NCBI GenBank assembly: GCA_029977225.1
Contig: JAPOLH010000001.1
Coordinates: forward strand, 1 to 57,782
Source of the DNA: Verrucomicrobiaceae bacterium
Lineage (GTDB): Bacteria; Verrucomicrobiota; Verrucomicrobiia; Verrucomicrobiales; Akkermansiaceae
DNA: 57,782 nt
Direction of reading: 5' to 3'
The notes under the pieces are model-generated. The model did not search any database. It worked only from the letters and a program-made list of their open reading frames with translations, and had not been told where the DNA came from. Shown one piece after another: positions 57,411 through 57,782 of this stretch. Position 1 is the stretch's first letter; each line of letters begins with the position of its first letter. The position numbers and the translations under genes are program-made.

Positions 57411-57564
57411 TCAAAATTTTTTTCAGAAAGGTATTGACGTGGGGTGGGTGGAGCAGATAGCTTCGCGGGCCGCCACAACGGAGGGCGGCCGAGAGACAGA
57501 ACGTCGATCGCGGTGCACAAACACCCGATCGGCTTTTTAGTCCCCTCGAATATGTTCTTTGACA
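57411..57564 (+). promoter_or_regulatory. Probable rRNA operon promoter and boxA leader
   Basis: AT-rich UP element, TTGACG at 57434, TAGCTT at 57458, GC-rich discriminator and boxA-like TGTTCTTTGACA at 57553-57564. No credible ORF up to the window end. Confidence 0.6.
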
Positions 57565-57782
57565 GTGTGGCTTGGTGACAGGCGGCGACTTTGAATGATC
57601 CGGCAACGGGTTTGGAAAAGATCGTGGCGATGTTCACCAGGAAGAGAAGAAAGATTGAATTGTGCGCTGCGCGCTTTTGTAGAAAGGCGCGCGGAAACGG
57701 TGAAGTTTCCTACGGGGAGCTTTGCCAAGGTCAATTTGGAATACGGTTCCTTTTTTTAGAAAAAGGAATACGCCAACCGAAT

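Noticed and set aside
57307-57734. Short ORFs at the right end
   Set aside because: They have no protein-like features; the region is better explained as a promoter and rRNA leader.

Overview
Core-genome window, most likely from a Verrucomicrobia (Luteolibacter/Akkermansiaceae-like) bacterium; the taxon is inferred from gene content and protein style. In order it holds: a TPR-like gene, exbB, two exbD genes and a membrane-anchored QW-repeat barrel gene; uvrC; a type II secretion cluster (G, H, I, J, K, L, M, a Pro/Gln-rich gene and secretin D, with no E or F); rsfS; dsbD; a minus-strand run of PAS kinase, sigma54 activator, GT-C glycosyltransferase, xseB, dxs and murJ; a PIN-PhoH gene; a dcw cluster from mraZ to ftsW; rlmB; a GbsR-type regulator with two operators; tyrS; tRNA-His and rnc; rpmB; folC; and a probable rRNA promoter and leader at the right end. 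No mobile element or CRISPR array was seen. The best novelty candidates are: (1) an unannotated ~80-nt RNA upstream of rsfS, with a near-consensus sigma54 promoter and its own terminator; (2) a highly structured segment between mraZ and rsmH with a 105-nt tandem repeat; (3) an ExbB-ExbD-ExbD motor with no TonB, apparently coupled to a squalene-cyclase-like barrel carrying a TonB-like anchor. The first ~490 bp look like a foreign fragment, probably an assembly chimera.
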